Origin: Escherichia phage 235Ecol030PP
Reading direction: 5' to 3' (one strand)
Sequence record: PP355091.1
Length of the DNA stretch: 64,000 bases
This document shows positions 13,095 through 23,329 of the stretch, piece after piece. The notes below the pieces were generated by a model. It had not been told where the DNA came from. It made no database searches and saw only the letters and a list, made by a program, of their open reading frames with translations. How positions within the stretch are numbered: position 1 is the stretch's first letter; every line of letters starts with the position of its first letter. The translations under genes and the position numbers were made by a program.

Positions 13095-14513
13095 TTATGG
13101 ATAGGTATAGATGATACCAGTTTCTAAAGCAGTTTTATGAATGATGTATCCATTACGCGATTCTTGAACATCAACTTCTGGATAGTCTTTCATCATCTTC
13201 TGAAGAGTGTAACGATGCAGGTAGTATTTACTATCTGGATCTTCAGTTTTCCAATCTTTACCTTCTTCGGTCATTTTTTGGATTTCATCCATAACCCACC
13301 AACCGCACCAGATATAAGCTGAAGTACGGTGTGGAAGAGGATGAACATAAGGCAATTCACCTTTTGGTTCCGGAGCAACTTTATCAGTTACCTGAACTTG
13401 ACCTGTTGTTTTAACTGTTTTGCTATCATAGTCAGTTGCTGTAACGACAGCAGTAACTTCAATAGTTTGACTTCCAACAGATGAGGTATCGACAGTATAT
13501 ACGTTAGTTGACCCTTCTACAGGAGAAGAATCTTTCTTCCATGAGTAAGTAATTTGTGCTGCTTCAGGTGCGCCAGTAACATTAGCAGTAAATGTAGCCG
13601 AAGCATCTTTCTGAACGTTAATAGAAGGAGGAGTCAATGTAACCTGTGGATTCATTGTCTTCTTATTAACCGTTAATGATACTTCATTCGAAGTAACTTC
13701 CTTTTCATTGTAATTTTCTGCAGTTACTTGGGCTACGCATTTAATTCTTTTTACTCCACTTGTAGTTGGAGTATAGCTAAATGTAGAGTTAGTTTCTCCA
13801 CTAATTTGAGAATCATCTACATACCATTTATATGTAGCAGACGCTCCATCAGGTTGAGAAACTAAAGCAGCAGTAAATTGAACCGGGGTTCCAATTACTC
13901 CTGCTGGAGGACTATCAGGAGTTACTGCCAAAGTAGTTGTCTGCTCCTTTTTATTAACAGTCAGTGATACTTCATTAGAAGTAACGCTTAGTGCATCATA
14001 ATCTGTCGCGGTTACTTGAGCTACACACTTAATTTTTTTAACTCCGCTTGTGGCAGGAGTGTAATTGAATGTAGCGCTAGTTGCTTCGTCCACAGGAGAA
14101 CCGTCAACGTACCATTGATACGTAGCAGATGCACCTGATGGCTGTGAAGCTAAAGCAGCAGTAAATTCAATAGCTGTTCCGATTACTCCAGCGTCAGGGC
14201 TATTAGGAGTTACAGCTAAGGTAGTCGTTTGTGTCTTATTTTGAACTGTGATAGTTGTACTAATTTCAGCTGTTTCGGGACTACTATCGGCAACTTGATT
14301 TGTTGCAACTACTTTAATAGTCTTTTGACCGGCAGGTCCTTTTAATACATAATTAAAAGTTGCTGACGTTTCTTCCTGTTGAGCACCGTCTACAGTCCAA
14401 ACATATGTAATAGGTCCATCTCCAGTTTGACCACTGGGTGTAGCAGTAAACTGCTGAGTCTGATCTATAACTCCAGTAGGTGTTTTAGGAGTTATATCAA
14501 CTGTAAAAGCCAT
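13095..14513 (-). CDS. hoc: outer capsid decoration protein Hoc with an extra tandem Ig-like domain
   Basis: 472 aa; N-terminus MAFTVDITPKTPTGVID and C-terminal capsid-binding region match T4 Hoc; internal 96-aa unit present twice. Confidence 0.9.
   Translation of the reverse strand: MAFTVDITPKTPTGVIDQTQQFTATPSGQTGDGPITYVWTVDGAQQEETSATFNYVLKGPAGQKTIKVVATNQVADSSPETAEISTTITVQNKTQTTTLAVTPNSPDAGVIGTAIEFTAALASQPSGASATYQWYVDGSPVDEATSATFNYTPATSGVKKIKCVAQVTATDYDALSVTSNEVSLTVNKKEQTTTLAVTPDSPPAGVIGTPVQFTAALVSQPDGASATYKWYVDDSQISGETNSTFSYTPTTSGVKRIKCVAQVTAENYNEKEVTSNEVSLTVNKKTMNPQVTLTPPSINVQKDASATFTANVTGAPEAAQITYSWKKDSSPVEGSTNVYTVDTSSVGSQTIEVTAVVTATDYDSKTVKTTGQVQVTDKVAPEPKGELPYVHPLPHRTSAYIWCGWWVMDEIQKMTEEGKDWKTEDPDSKYYLHRYTLQKMMKDYPEVDVQESRNGYIIHKTALETGIIYTYP
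13659..14234 (-). repeat. tandem duplication (2 x 288 bp) inside hoc encoding two consecutive Ig-like domains
   Basis: Protein units TQTTTLAVTPNSP...SLTVNKK and EQTTTLAVTPDSP...SLTVNKK, about 75 percent identical. Confidence 0.8.
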
Positions 14514-14522
14514 AAGTTATCC

Positions 14523-15203
14523 TTATTTTAATGTTACGAAAGAAGAATTGCGTGTTTCACGAATTAGAACTGATCCGTCACGATTAATGTAGTAAATTAA
14601 GCTAAATAAAGTTTGGTGTGCTGACGCGTGTTCAAAACTAGTTGGATGAGATTTCCAATCAGGAGTTTCAGCGATCCATTGATAAATCCACCAAGGAACC
14701 GTACAGAATCCTGGATTTTTCCCCAATAATTGAAGATTCGGACTAAAGTTTTCCGGAAGAGTAAATACAGACGGCTTTTCAGATTCAATAATCTCAGCTA
14801 CAGCCTGTTCGAATTTTTCTTCAACAAAAGGAGTATCTTCAATCAAAACATCGGTATTTTCAGGAATTTTATCCGTTTCTACTACTTCAATTTTAATGTC
14901 AGATTTAACAGGAGAATCAATCAGAAGTGCTGCTTCTGGATTGACTTCTTCATCGTCATATTTTAACCCCTCTGCAGCATCAGCAGCATCAATTAAGTCT
15001 TTAATAGATAACCCATCAGTCTCTGGCATAGGTTCACTAGCGAGCTTCTGGAGGGCTTCTTCAATATCAGCAACGATATTATCAAAAGATTTATTCTTTT
15101 TGACCTTTATACCAAACTGTTCAGCGTATTCAGCTAATTTAGCTTTAGCTTCTTTGTTATCATCAAGAGCCTTCAGCTCTGCAATATAATCTTTATCTAT
15201 CAT
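14523..15203 (-). CDS. inh: inhibitor of prohead protease
   Basis: 226 aa acidic protein between hoc and uvsW as in T4. Confidence 0.7.
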   Translation of the reverse strand: MIDKDYIAELKALDDNKEAKAKLAEYAEQFGIKVKKNKSFDNIVADIEEALQKLASEPMPETDGLSIKDLIDAADAAEGLKYDDEEVNPEAALLIDSPVKSDIKIEVVETDKIPENTDVLIEDTPFVEEKFEQAVAEIIESEKPSVFTLPENFSPNLQLLGKNPGFCTVPWWIYQWIAETPDWKSHPTSFEHASAHQTLFSLIYYINRDGSVLIRETRNSSFVTLK

Positions 15204-15216
15204 AATATTTCCTCAG

Positions 15217-15224
15217 TATAAATA
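15217..15224 (+). promoter_or_regulatory. late promoter TATAAATA for uvsW
   Basis: Exact TATAAATA about 30 nt before uvsW ATG. Confidence 0.65.
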
Positions 15225-15253
15225 TAGATATATTTATTACATGGTATTTAGAC

Positions 15254-16765
15254 ATGACTGACATTAAAGTACATTTTTATGATTTTAGTCACGTGAGAAT
15301 TGATTGTGAAGAAAGTACATTTCATGAACTCCGTGATTTCTTTAGCTTTGAAGCTGATGGGTATCGTTTTAATCCGAAGTACAGATATGGCCACTGGGAT
15401 GGACGAATCCGTCTTTTAGATTATAATCGTCTTCTTCCATTCGGCTTAGTCGGGCAAATTAAAAAGTTCTGTGATAACTTTGGCTATAAAGCCTGGATTG
15501 ACCCACAAATTAATGAAAAAGAAGAATTATCAAGAAAAGATTTTGATGAATGGCTTTCTAAATTAGAAATCTATTCAGGAAATAAAAGAATTGAACCACA
15601 CTGGTATCAAAAAGATGCAGTGTTCGAAGGATTAGTTAATCGTCGTAGAATTCTTAATCTTCCAACATCTGCAGGTAAATCTTTAATTCAAGCTTTGCTT
15701 GCGCGATATTATTTGGAAAATTATGAAGGTAAAATTCTTATCATTGTTCCAACAACTGCTCTGACAACTCAGATGGCTGATGACTTCGTCGACTATCGTC
15801 TATTCAGTCATGCAATGATAAAGAAAATTGGTGGCGGAGCATCAAAAGATGATAAATATAAAAATGATGCACCAGTCGTTGTTGGTACATGGCAAACTGT
15901 AGTTAAACAACCGAAAGAATGGTTCTCACAGTTTGGAATGATGATGAATGATGAATGCCATCTTGCTACAGGAAAAAGTATTTCATCCATCATATCAGGA
16001 TTAAATAACTGCATGTTTAAATTTGGTCTATCAGGTTCATTACGTGATGGCAAAGCCAATATCATGCAGTACGTTGGAATGTTTGGTGAAATATTTAAGC
16101 CAGTAACGACTTCTAAATTAATGGAAGATGGACAAGTAACTGAGTTAAAAATTAATAGTATTTTTCTTCGCTATCCCGATGAGTTCACTACTAAATTAAA
16201 GGGAAAAACTTATCAAGAAGAAATAAAAATTATTACTGGGCTCAGTAAAAGAAATAAATGGATCGCTAAATTAGCTATTAAGCTTGCACAAAAAGATGAA
16301 AACGCTTTTGTCATGTTTAAACATGTATCGCATGGTAAAGCTATTTTCGATTTAATTAAAAATGAATACGATAAAGTTTATTACGTATCAGGGGAAGTTG
16401 ATACCGAAACCCGCAACGTAATGAAAACCTTAGCTGAAAATGGTAAAGGAATAATTATAGTAGCTAGTTATGGTGTATTTTCTACTGGTATTTCAGTTAA
16501 AAATCTGCATCATGTTGTTTTAGCGCACGGCGTTAAATCAAAAATCATTGTATTACAAACAATCGGTCGTGTATTACGTAAGCATGGTTCTAAAACAGTC
16601 GCAACAGTCTGGGACCTCATAGATGACGCGGGCGTCAAGCCAAAATCTGCTAATACGAAAAAGAAATATGTTCATTTGAACTATCTTTTAAAACACGGCA
16701 TTGATCGTATTCAGCGTTACGCAGATGAAAAATTTAATTACGTAATGAAAACAGTCAATTTATAA
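15254..16765 (+). CDS. uvsW: UvsW DNA/RNA helicase
   Basis: 503 aa, begins MTDIKVHFYDFSHVRIDCEE, helicase motifs (PTSAGKS, DECH). Confidence 0.95.
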   Translation: MTDIKVHFYDFSHVRIDCEESTFHELRDFFSFEADGYRFNPKYRYGHWDGRIRLLDYNRLLPFGLVGQIKKFCDNFGYKAWIDPQINEKEELSRKDFDEWLSKLEIYSGNKRIEPHWYQKDAVFEGLVNRRRILNLPTSAGKSLIQALLARYYLENYEGKILIIVPTTALTTQMADDFVDYRLFSHAMIKKIGGGASKDDKYKNDAPVVVGTWQTVVKQPKEWFSQFGMMMNDECHLATGKSISSIISGLNNCMFKFGLSGSLRDGKANIMQYVGMFGEIFKPVTTSKLMEDGQVTELKINSIFLRYPDEFTTKLKGKTYQEEIKIITGLSKRNKWIAKLAIKLAQKDENAFVMFKHVSHGKAIFDLIKNEYDKVYYVSGEVDTETRNVMKTLAENGKGIIIVASYGVFSTGISVKNLHHVVLAHGVKSKIIVLQTIGRVLRKHGSKTVATVWDLIDDAGVKPKSANTKKKYVHLNYLLKHGIDRIQRYADEKFNYVMKTVNL

Positions 16766-16779
16766 GGGCTTCGGCCCTT
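16764..16779 (+). other. UUCG hairpin between uvsW and uvsW.1
   Basis: AAGGGC TTCG GCCCTT overlapping the SD of uvsW.1. Confidence 0.5.
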
Positions 16780-16790
16780 TGGAGAAAAAG

Positions 16791-17021
16791 ATGTTACTAG
16801 GATTTAAACAATTTCTTTATGAAGCTTCTATTGATGAATTTATGGGTAAAATTGCCTCTTGTCAAACATTAGAAGGTTTAGAAGAACTTGAAGCTTATTA
16901 CAAGAAAAGAGTCAAAGAAACTGAATTAAAAGATACTGATGACATCTCAGTCAGAGATGCTTTGGCAGGAAAAAGAGCTGAATTAGAAGATTCAGACGAT
17001 GAAGTAGAAGAAAGCTTTTAA
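16791..17021 (+). CDS. uvsW.1: small acidic protein downstream of uvsW
   Basis: ATG 16791 with GGAG SD (76 aa); the ORF-track start 16779 is TTG. Confidence 0.65.
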   Translation: MLLGFKQFLYEASIDEFMGKIASCQTLEGLEELEAYYKKRVKETELKDTDDISVRDALAGKRAELEDSDDEVEESF

Positions 17022-17030
17022 ATTAAAAAA

Positions 17031-17053
17031 GGCCCAACCAAAAAGGAAGGGCC
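17031..17053 (-). terminator. candidate terminator after the uvsY.-2-like ORF
   Basis: GGCCC ... GGGCC imperfect hairpin followed by UUUUUU on minus strand. Confidence 0.4.
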
Positions 17054-17076
17054 AAAACTATAGACTAAAGGTCACA

Positions 17077-17244
17077 CTATAGCAAAAGTTGTGTTTCATT
17101 TAATTGTTCTTCAGAACTTTCTGAAACTGGTAGTTCTTTAATGTAATTATAGCAAGGCCCAGGATGTACAGGACCTTTGTCTGTTTCAACAACCAATGCA
17201 GAATCGATTGGAGTTTTACAGACAACACAAATCTTATCTGACAT
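17077..17244 (-). CDS. small Cys-rich protein (position of T4 uvsY.-2)
   Basis: Start moved to ATG 17244 (MSDKICVVCK, GGAGA SD, 55 aa); late promoter 17270-17277. Confidence 0.55.
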   Translation of the reverse strand: MSDKICVVCKTPIDSALVVETDKGPVHPGPCYNYIKELPVSESSEEQLNETQLLL

Positions 17245-17269
17245 GATTGTCTCCTTTTGAATATAGTAA

Positions 17270-17277
17270 TATTTATA
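17270..17277 (-). promoter_or_regulatory. late promoter (minus strand) upstream of the uvsY.-2-like ORF
   Basis: Plus strand TATTTATA. Confidence 0.5.
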
Positions 17278-17367
17278 AACCCATTTTAATCCGCATTTCT
17301 TGTACACGGATTAAGCAAGCTTCCATCTCTGCTAATAGTCGAAATACTTCTTTACAATCTGTCATAT

Positions 17368-17595
17368 TTACCCCATATCTCTCATATGCATATCAATGCC
17401 CATATCTTTAGAATAAAAATATTCATCAAGATATCCGGCAAATTTTCCTTTAATATAAAGTACATCTTCACCGCACGGGTGGTCGGCCAGGATACGAATA
17501 TCCTGACGCTTAAGATTATGCTTTTTCATCAAGAATTGAATCTCAGTTTCAAATTCTTCTTCATAATTAAAAGCATCATCAATGCTATATCTCAT
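17368..17595 (-). CDS. hypothetical protein (position of T4 uvsY.-1)
   Basis: 75-aa ORF abutting uvsY stop. Confidence 0.55.
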   Translation of the reverse strand: MRYSIDDAFNYEEEFETEIQFLMKKHNLKRQDIRILADHPCGEDVLYIKGKFAGYLDEYFYSKDMGIDMHMRDMG

Positions 17596-18008
17596 TATTT
17601 TCCAGCCTCAAATGCTCGCATGTCTTGAATGTGCTTAATAGCAAATCCACGTGATTTAATAGCATCAAGAGCTCCGCTACAGAAATCTAATAAAATCCCC
17701 CAATATTGTAATGAAGTATCAACCTTTAAAACATCCTTATCGGCTGATAGAACTGTCTTCATTTCTGATTTCTCATAACGATCCATACTAAATTCATCAC
17801 CATCTCCTCGTCCCGAGTAGTAGTCTAATTTAGCTTTAAGAGCAACTTTTTTCTGCGCGTCAATTCTAAGCATTTCCTTTTTAATACTTGAATGCTTATT
17901 GAGCCATTTACTATATAACATCACATTATTAGCTGCTTCATACTGTAATTTAGTCGAATCTATAAACACATCTTTCTTCAATTCTTCTTGAAGATCTTCT
18001 AATCTCAT
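17595..18008 (-). CDS. uvsY: recombination mediator UvsY
   Basis: 137 aa as T4 UvsY; MotA-type middle promoter upstream. Confidence 0.92.
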   Translation of the reverse strand: MRLEDLQEELKKDVFIDSTKLQYEAANNVMLYSKWLNKHSSIKKEMLRIDAQKKVALKAKLDYYSGRGDGDEFSMDRYEKSEMKTVLSADKDVLKVDTSLQYWGILLDFCSGALDAIKSRGFAIKHIQDMRAFEAGK

Positions 18009-18048
18009 ATTGTTCTCTATTCAATTGTTATTGGATGGACTTAGATTC

Positions 18049-18076
18049 ATTATACCACGTTTATACGTGAAGCATT
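18049..18076 (-). promoter_or_regulatory. MotA-dependent middle promoter for uvsY
   Basis: Minus strand TAATGCTTCA (MotA box, 18068-18076), 13 nt, TATAAT (18049-18054). Confidence 0.55.
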
Positions 18077-18473
18077 ATACTCTATTACTGGAAGCCAGTT
18101 GCAGTTTTATCTGCTCAATATCATCAGGGTTATCGATGACCGAAAAGCGTATTTCTACTATCAGAGTATAATCATCATAAACTGGTATCACATTAACTGA
18201 TAATTTATCAATACGTGGCTCATAGTTTCTTACTGCGCTTTCAATATTGCGCTCAACTGTGTCAGCAGTAAGAGGAGTCATATTTTCAAAAAGCTGGTCT
18301 GATAAATCACATCCAAATTCAGGGTCAAACGGTCTTGAACCTTTTCTTGTTGTAATAATTCCCAAAAGACTGTTTTTAATTGACCTTAATCCAAGTGATC
18401 TTGAAACGTCTTTGTTCCAATCCATTTTCATTTCCGGGTCAATATCAGAATAAAGCTTATTAATATTTGCCAT
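18075..18473 (-). CDS. 25: baseplate wedge protein
   Basis: 132 aa as T4 gp25. Confidence 0.92.
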   Translation of the reverse strand: MANINKLYSDIDPEMKMDWNKDVSRSLGLRSIKNSLLGIITTRKGSRPFDPEFGCDLSDQLFENMTPLTADTVERNIESAVRNYEPRIDKLSVNVIPVYDDYTLIVEIRFSVIDNPDDIEQIKLQLASSNRV

Positions 18474-19099
18474 TATAGTAACTCAAAGAACTCTTTGAGA
18501 CCTCTTATTACGTGAGCATGGGTTTTTCCACACTCTGGACATTTAATTGGAACAGCCAAATAAACGGTAGGCTTTAAAAGCATATCTTTTATAGCTACAA
18601 TATCTGACTCTGTGATGATAGAATATAAATCTTCTAGTTCCTTTTCATTTAAGTCTTCAACTGGAATGCTTTCCCCGTTAGCATGAATCGTTTCTATGCA
18701 TGATACTATCATGTGGGCTATATTTTTATCATCAAAAATTTTAGGGTATCGGAATTTAATTTTAATGTCACCCAGTGTATACCAGAGGTCTTCTGGTGCA
18801 TCTATTTGTGTATGTAATAGATTTATATGGGTTGGTATTTCAGTTCCACAGGTGCACTTCCAGGAGTTTTCGTGATTAACTTCGCCGAGAGAATGTGCCC
18901 ATAAATGAATCAGCAGTAGTTCTGATTCTTGGCGGTTTAAATCTTTTGCATTTGTGCAGTCTTTGATTAGCTTTTTAACAATTACTTCTACAGAACCATT
19001 ATTTTTGGCAGTAATAAGTTCTAGATATTCTTTAAGCGTGAATGCGCGACAATTGATTATTTTAGAACCAACTCTCACATCAAATTTGTATTCATACAT
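18473..19099 (-). CDS. 26: baseplate hub protein
   Basis: 208 aa; GGAG SD; late promoter on minus strand at 19121-19128. Confidence 0.88.
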   Translation of the reverse strand: MYEYKFDVRVGSKIINCRAFTLKEYLELITAKNNGSVEVIVKKLIKDCTNAKDLNRQESELLLIHLWAHSLGEVNHENSWKCTCGTEIPTHINLLHTQIDAPEDLWYTLGDIKIKFRYPKIFDDKNIAHMIVSCIETIHANGESIPVEDLNEKELEDLYSIITESDIVAIKDMLLKPTVYLAVPIKCPECGKTHAHVIRGLKEFFELL

Positions 19100-19120
19100 A
19101 TTTAGCTCCTTTATTTATCA

Positions 19121-19128
19121 TATTTATA
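19121..19128 (-). promoter_or_regulatory. late promoter (minus strand) for genes 26/25
   Basis: Plus strand TATTTATA, 22 nt from gene 26 ATG. Confidence 0.65.
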
Positions 19129-19132
19129 AATA
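19125..19132 (+). promoter_or_regulatory. late promoter for gene 51 operon
   Basis: TATAAATA overlapping the divergent minus-strand copy. Confidence 0.65.
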
Positions 19133-19149
19133 GAATAAAAGGAGCATCT

Positions 19150-19899
19150 ATGGCAAACATTATTCGTTGTAAATTACCAGATGGTGTTCATCGTTTTAAA
19201 CCATTTACGGTAGAAGATTATCGAGATTTTTTGTTAGTTCGAAACGATATAGAACATCGGTCACCACAAGAACAAAAAGAAATAATTACTGATTTAATTG
19301 ATGATTATTTTGGAGACTATCCGAAGACTTGGCAACCATTTATATTTTTGCAGGTATTTGTAGGGTCAATAGGTAAAACTAAAGTACCGGTCACATTTAT
19401 ATGTCCAAAATGTAAAAAAGAAAAGACAGTTCCATTTGAAATATATCAAAAAGAATTAAAGGAACCTGTTTTTGATGTAGCTAATGTTAAAATTAAATTA
19501 AAGTTTCCTTCTGAGTTTTATGAAAATAAAGCAAAGATGATTACTGAAAATATTCATTCTGTTCAAGTAGATGAAATTTGGTATGATTGGAAGGAAATTA
19601 GCGAATCAAGTCAAATAGAACTTGTTGATGCCATCGAGATAGAAACATTAGAAAAAATTCTCGATGCAATGAATCCTATTAATTTAACTCTACATATGTC
19701 ATGCTGTAATAAGTATGTAAAAAAATACACTGATATAGTAGATGTGTTTAAGCTATTAGTTAACCCAGATGAGATATTTACTTTTTATCAAATTAATCAC
19801 ACACTCGTAAAAAGTAATTATAGCTTAAATTCAATAATGAAAATGATTCCTGCTGAGCGCGGATTCGTATTAAAACTGATTGAGAAGGATAAACAATAA
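19150..19899 (+). CDS. 51: baseplate hub assembly protein
   Basis: 249 aa, divergent from gene 26 as in T4. Confidence 0.88.
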   Translation: MANIIRCKLPDGVHRFKPFTVEDYRDFLLVRNDIEHRSPQEQKEIITDLIDDYFGDYPKTWQPFIFLQVFVGSIGKTKVPVTFICPKCKKEKTVPFEIYQKELKEPVFDVANVKIKLKFPSEFYENKAKMITENIHSVQVDEIWYDWKEISESSQIELVDAIEIETLEKILDAMNPINLTLHMSCCNKYVKKYTDIVDVFKLLVNPDEIFTFYQINHTLVKSNYSLNSIMKMIPAERGFVLKLIEKDKQ

Positions 19900-21074
19900 T
19901 GAGTATGTTGCAACGCCCCGGATATCCAAATCTCAGCGTTAAATTATTTGATAGCTACGACGCTTGGAGTAATAATAGATTTGTTGAATTAGCTGCTACT
20001 ATTACCACATTAACTATGCGGGATTCTCTTTATGGCCGAAATGAAGGAATGCTGCAGTTTTATGATTCTAAAAACATCCATACAAAAATGGATGGAAATG
20101 AAATAATTCAGATTTCTGTAGCTAATGCAAATGATATTAATAATGTTAAAACACGAATTTATGGATGTAAGCATTTTTCCGTGTCAGTAGATTCAAAAGG
20201 TGATAACATCATTGCTATTGAATTGGGAACTATTCATTCTATAGAAAATCTTAAATTTGGTAGACCATTTTTCCCTGATGCAGGTGAATCTATAAAAGAA
20301 ATGCTTGGCGTCATTTATCAAGACCGCACATTATTAACTCCAGCAATAAATGCTATAAATGCTTATGTTCCTGATATTCCATGGACTAGTACATTTGAAA
20401 ATTATTTGTCCTATGTAAGAGAAGTTGCTCTAGCTGTAGGAAGTGACAAATTTGTATTTGTATGGCAAGACATCATGGGAGTTAACATGATGGACTATGA
20501 TATGATGATAAATCAAGAACCATATCCAATGATTGTCGGTGAGCCATCTTTAATAGGTCAATTTGTCCAAGAATTAAAATACCCATTAGCATATGATTTC
20601 GTTTGGTTGACTAAATCGAATCCTCACAAACGTGACCCAATGAAAAATGCTACTATCTATGCTCATTCATTTTTAGATTCTTCATTGCCAATGATTACTA
20701 CGGGAAAGGGCGAAAACTCTATTGTAGTGTCAAGGTCAGGTGCTTATTCTGAAATGACTTATAGGAATGGATATGAAGAAGCTATTCGTCTTCAAACTAT
20801 GGCACAATATGACGGTTATGCTAAATGTTCTACTGTCGGTAATTTTAACTTGACTCCTGGTGTTAAAATTATTTTTAATGATAGTAAAAACCAATTTAAA
20901 ACAGAATTTTACGTTGATGAAGTTATCCATGAATTATCCAATAATAATTCAGTAACTCATCTATATATGTTCACTAATGCAACGAAACTGGAAACAATAG
21001 ACCCAGTTAAGGTTAAAAATGAATTTAAATCTGATACTACCACTGAAGAAAGTAGTTCTTCCAATAAGCAATAA
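19899..21074 (+). CDS. 27: baseplate hub protein
   Basis: 391 aa as T4 gp27. Confidence 0.92.
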   Translation: MSMLQRPGYPNLSVKLFDSYDAWSNNRFVELAATITTLTMRDSLYGRNEGMLQFYDSKNIHTKMDGNEIIQISVANANDINNVKTRIYGCKHFSVSVDSKGDNIIAIELGTIHSIENLKFGRPFFPDAGESIKEMLGVIYQDRTLLTPAINAINAYVPDIPWTSTFENYLSYVREVALAVGSDKFVFVWQDIMGVNMMDYDMMINQEPYPMIVGEPSLIGQFVQELKYPLAYDFVWLTKSNPHKRDPMKNATIYAHSFLDSSLPMITTGKGENSIVVSRSGAYSEMTYRNGYEEAIRLQTMAQYDGYAKCSTVGNFNLTPGVKIIFNDSKNQFKTEFYVDEVIHELSNNNSVTHLYMFTNATKLETIDPVKVKNEFKSDTTTEESSSSNKQ

Positions 21075-21552
21075 AGAAGTTTCTATTCCTAAAATGGGTC
21101 TTAAACATTATAACATTTTAAAGGATGTTAAAGGTCCTGATGAAAATTTAAAACTTCTTATTGATTCTATATGTCCGAATTTGTCACCAGCAGAAGTTGA
21201 TTTCGTTTCTATTCATTTATTGGAATTTAATGGAAAGATTAAATCTCGTAAAGAAATAGATGGCTATACTTATGACATTAATGATGTTTATGTATGCCAA
21301 AGATTGGAATTTCAATACCAAGGAAATACATTTTATTTTAGACCTCCTGGAAAATTTGAACAATTTTTAACGGTGAGCGATATGTTATCTAAATGCTTGC
21401 TTAAGGTCAACGATGAAGTTAAAGAAATTAATTTTCTTGAGATGCCAGCATTCGTTTTAAAATGGGCAAATGATATTTTTACAACTTTAGCAATTCCTGG
21501 CCCTAATGGTCCAATAACTGGAATTGGCAATATTATTGGATTATTTGAATGA
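21019..21552 (+). CDS. 28: baseplate hub distal protein
   Basis: 177 aa as T4 gp28; overlaps gene 27 by 56 nt in another frame. Confidence 0.82.
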   Translation: MNLNLILPLKKVVLPISNKEVSIPKMGLKHYNILKDVKGPDENLKLLIDSICPNLSPAEVDFVSIHLLEFNGKIKSRKEIDGYTYDINDVYVCQRLEFQYQGNTFYFRPPGKFEQFLTVSDMLSKCLLKVNDEVKEINFLEMPAFVLKWANDIFTTLAIPGPNGPITGIGNIIGLFE

Positions 21553-23321
21553 AAAAGCCACAAGAAATGCAAACGATGCGTAGAAAAGTTATTTCAGATA
21601 ATAAACCAACACAGGAAGCGGCTAAATCCGCTTCCAATACTTTATCTGGACTTAATGATATATCTACGAAATTGGATGATGCTCAAGCTGCTTCTGAATT
21701 AATAGCTCAAACTGTCGAAGAAAAATCGAATGAAATAGTTGGAGCAATTGGTAACGTAGAAAGCGCAGTGAGTGATACTACTGCCGGTTCTGAGTTAATT
21801 GCTGAAACTGTCGAAATTGGCAATAATATTAATAAAGAAATCGGTGAATCACTCGGAAGCAAATTAGATAAATTAACGAGTTTATTAGAACAAAAAATTC
21901 AGACAGCTGGAATTCAACAAACAGGAACCAGTTTAGCCACAGTTGAAAGCGCTATTCCTGTTAAAGTCGTTGAGGATGATACTGCTGAATCTGTGGGTCC
22001 TTTATTACCGGCTCCCGAAGCAGTTAATAATGATCCTGACGCTGATTTTTTCCCTACCCCTCAACCAGTTGAACCCAAACAAGAATCGCCAGAAGAAAAA
22101 CAGAAAAAAGAAGCATTTAACTTAAAATTATCTCAAGCTTTAGATAAATTAACAAAGACTGTTGATTTTGGATTTAAGAAATCCATTTCAATTAGTGATA
22201 AAATATCAAGCATGTTATTTAAGTACACCATAAGTGCTGCTATTGAAGCTGCTAAAATGACTGCAATGATATTGGCTGTTGTTGTTGGAATAGACCTTTT
22301 GATGGTTCATTTTAAATACTGGTCAGATAAATTTTCAAAAGCCTGGGATTTATTTAATACTGACTTTACTAAATTCTCTAGCGAAACCGGAACATGGGGT
22401 CCTTTATTACAGAGCATCTTTAGTTCTATTGATGAAATTAAAAAATTCTGGGAAGCGGGAGATTGGGGTGGATTGACAGTAGCTATTGTTGAAGGGCTTG
22501 GAAAGGTTCTTTATAATTTAGGAGAACTTATTCAATTAGGTATGGCTAAATTATCTGCTGCAATTCTTCGAGTCATTCCTGGCATGAAGGATACTGCTGA
22601 TGAAGTAGAAGGAAGAGCACTAGAAAATTTCCAAAATTCTACTGGAGCATCTCTCAATAAAGAAGACCAGGAAAAAGTTGCAAATTATCAAGATAAACGA
22701 ATGAACGGAGACCTTGGTCCGATAGCAAAAGGATTAGATAAAATTGCTAATTGGAAAACTCGTGCATCTAATTGGATTCGTGGTGTAGATAATAAAGAAG
22801 CACTAACTACCGACGAAGAGCGTGCAGCAGAAGAAGAAAAATTAAAGCAGCTTTCACCGGAAGAAAGAAAAAATGCTTTAATGAAGGCTAATGAAGCCCG
22901 TGCCGCAATGATTCGCTTTGAAAAATATGCTGATTCAGCTGATATGAGTAAAGACTCAACGGTTAAATCAGTTGAAACTGCCTATGAAGACCTTAAAAAA
23001 CGGATGGATGACCCGGATTTAAACAATTCACCGGCAGTTAAAAAAGAACTTGCTGCTAGATTTTCTAAAATTGATGCTACTTATCAAGAGCTCAAGAAAA
23101 ATCAGCCTAATGCCAAACCTGAAACTTCTGCTAAATCGCCAGAAGCGAAACAGGTCCAGGTTATTGAAAAGAACAAAGCACAGCAAGCTCCTGTTCAGCA
23201 AGCATCTCCTTCAATCAATAATACTAATAATGTTATTAAGAAAAATACTGTCGTTCATAATATGACACCCGTAACGAGCACAACTGCTCCTGGTGTATTT
23301 GGCGCGACTGGAGTTAATTAA
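21549..23321 (+). CDS. 29: baseplate hub / tail length determinant
   Basis: 590 aa as T4 gp29; ATGA overlap with gene 28. Confidence 0.92.
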   Translation: MKKPQEMQTMRRKVISDNKPTQEAAKSASNTLSGLNDISTKLDDAQAASELIAQTVEEKSNEIVGAIGNVESAVSDTTAGSELIAETVEIGNNINKEIGESLGSKLDKLTSLLEQKIQTAGIQQTGTSLATVESAIPVKVVEDDTAESVGPLLPAPEAVNNDPDADFFPTPQPVEPKQESPEEKQKKEAFNLKLSQALDKLTKTVDFGFKKSISISDKISSMLFKYTISAAIEAAKMTAMILAVVVGIDLLMVHFKYWSDKFSKAWDLFNTDFTKFSSETGTWGPLLQSIFSSIDEIKKFWEAGDWGGLTVAIVEGLGKVLYNLGELIQLGMAKLSAAILRVIPGMKDTADEVEGRALENFQNSTGASLNKEDQEKVANYQDKRMNGDLGPIAKGLDKIANWKTRASNWIRGVDNKEALTTDEERAAEEEKLKQLSPEERKNALMKANEARAAMIRFEKYADSADMSKDSTVKSVETAYEDLKKRMDDPDLNNSPAVKKELAARFSKIDATYQELKKNQPNAKPETSAKSPEAKQVQVIEKNKAQQAPVQQASPSINNTNNVIKKNTVVHNMTPVTSTTAPGVFGATGVN

Positions 23322-23329
23322 GGAATAAT

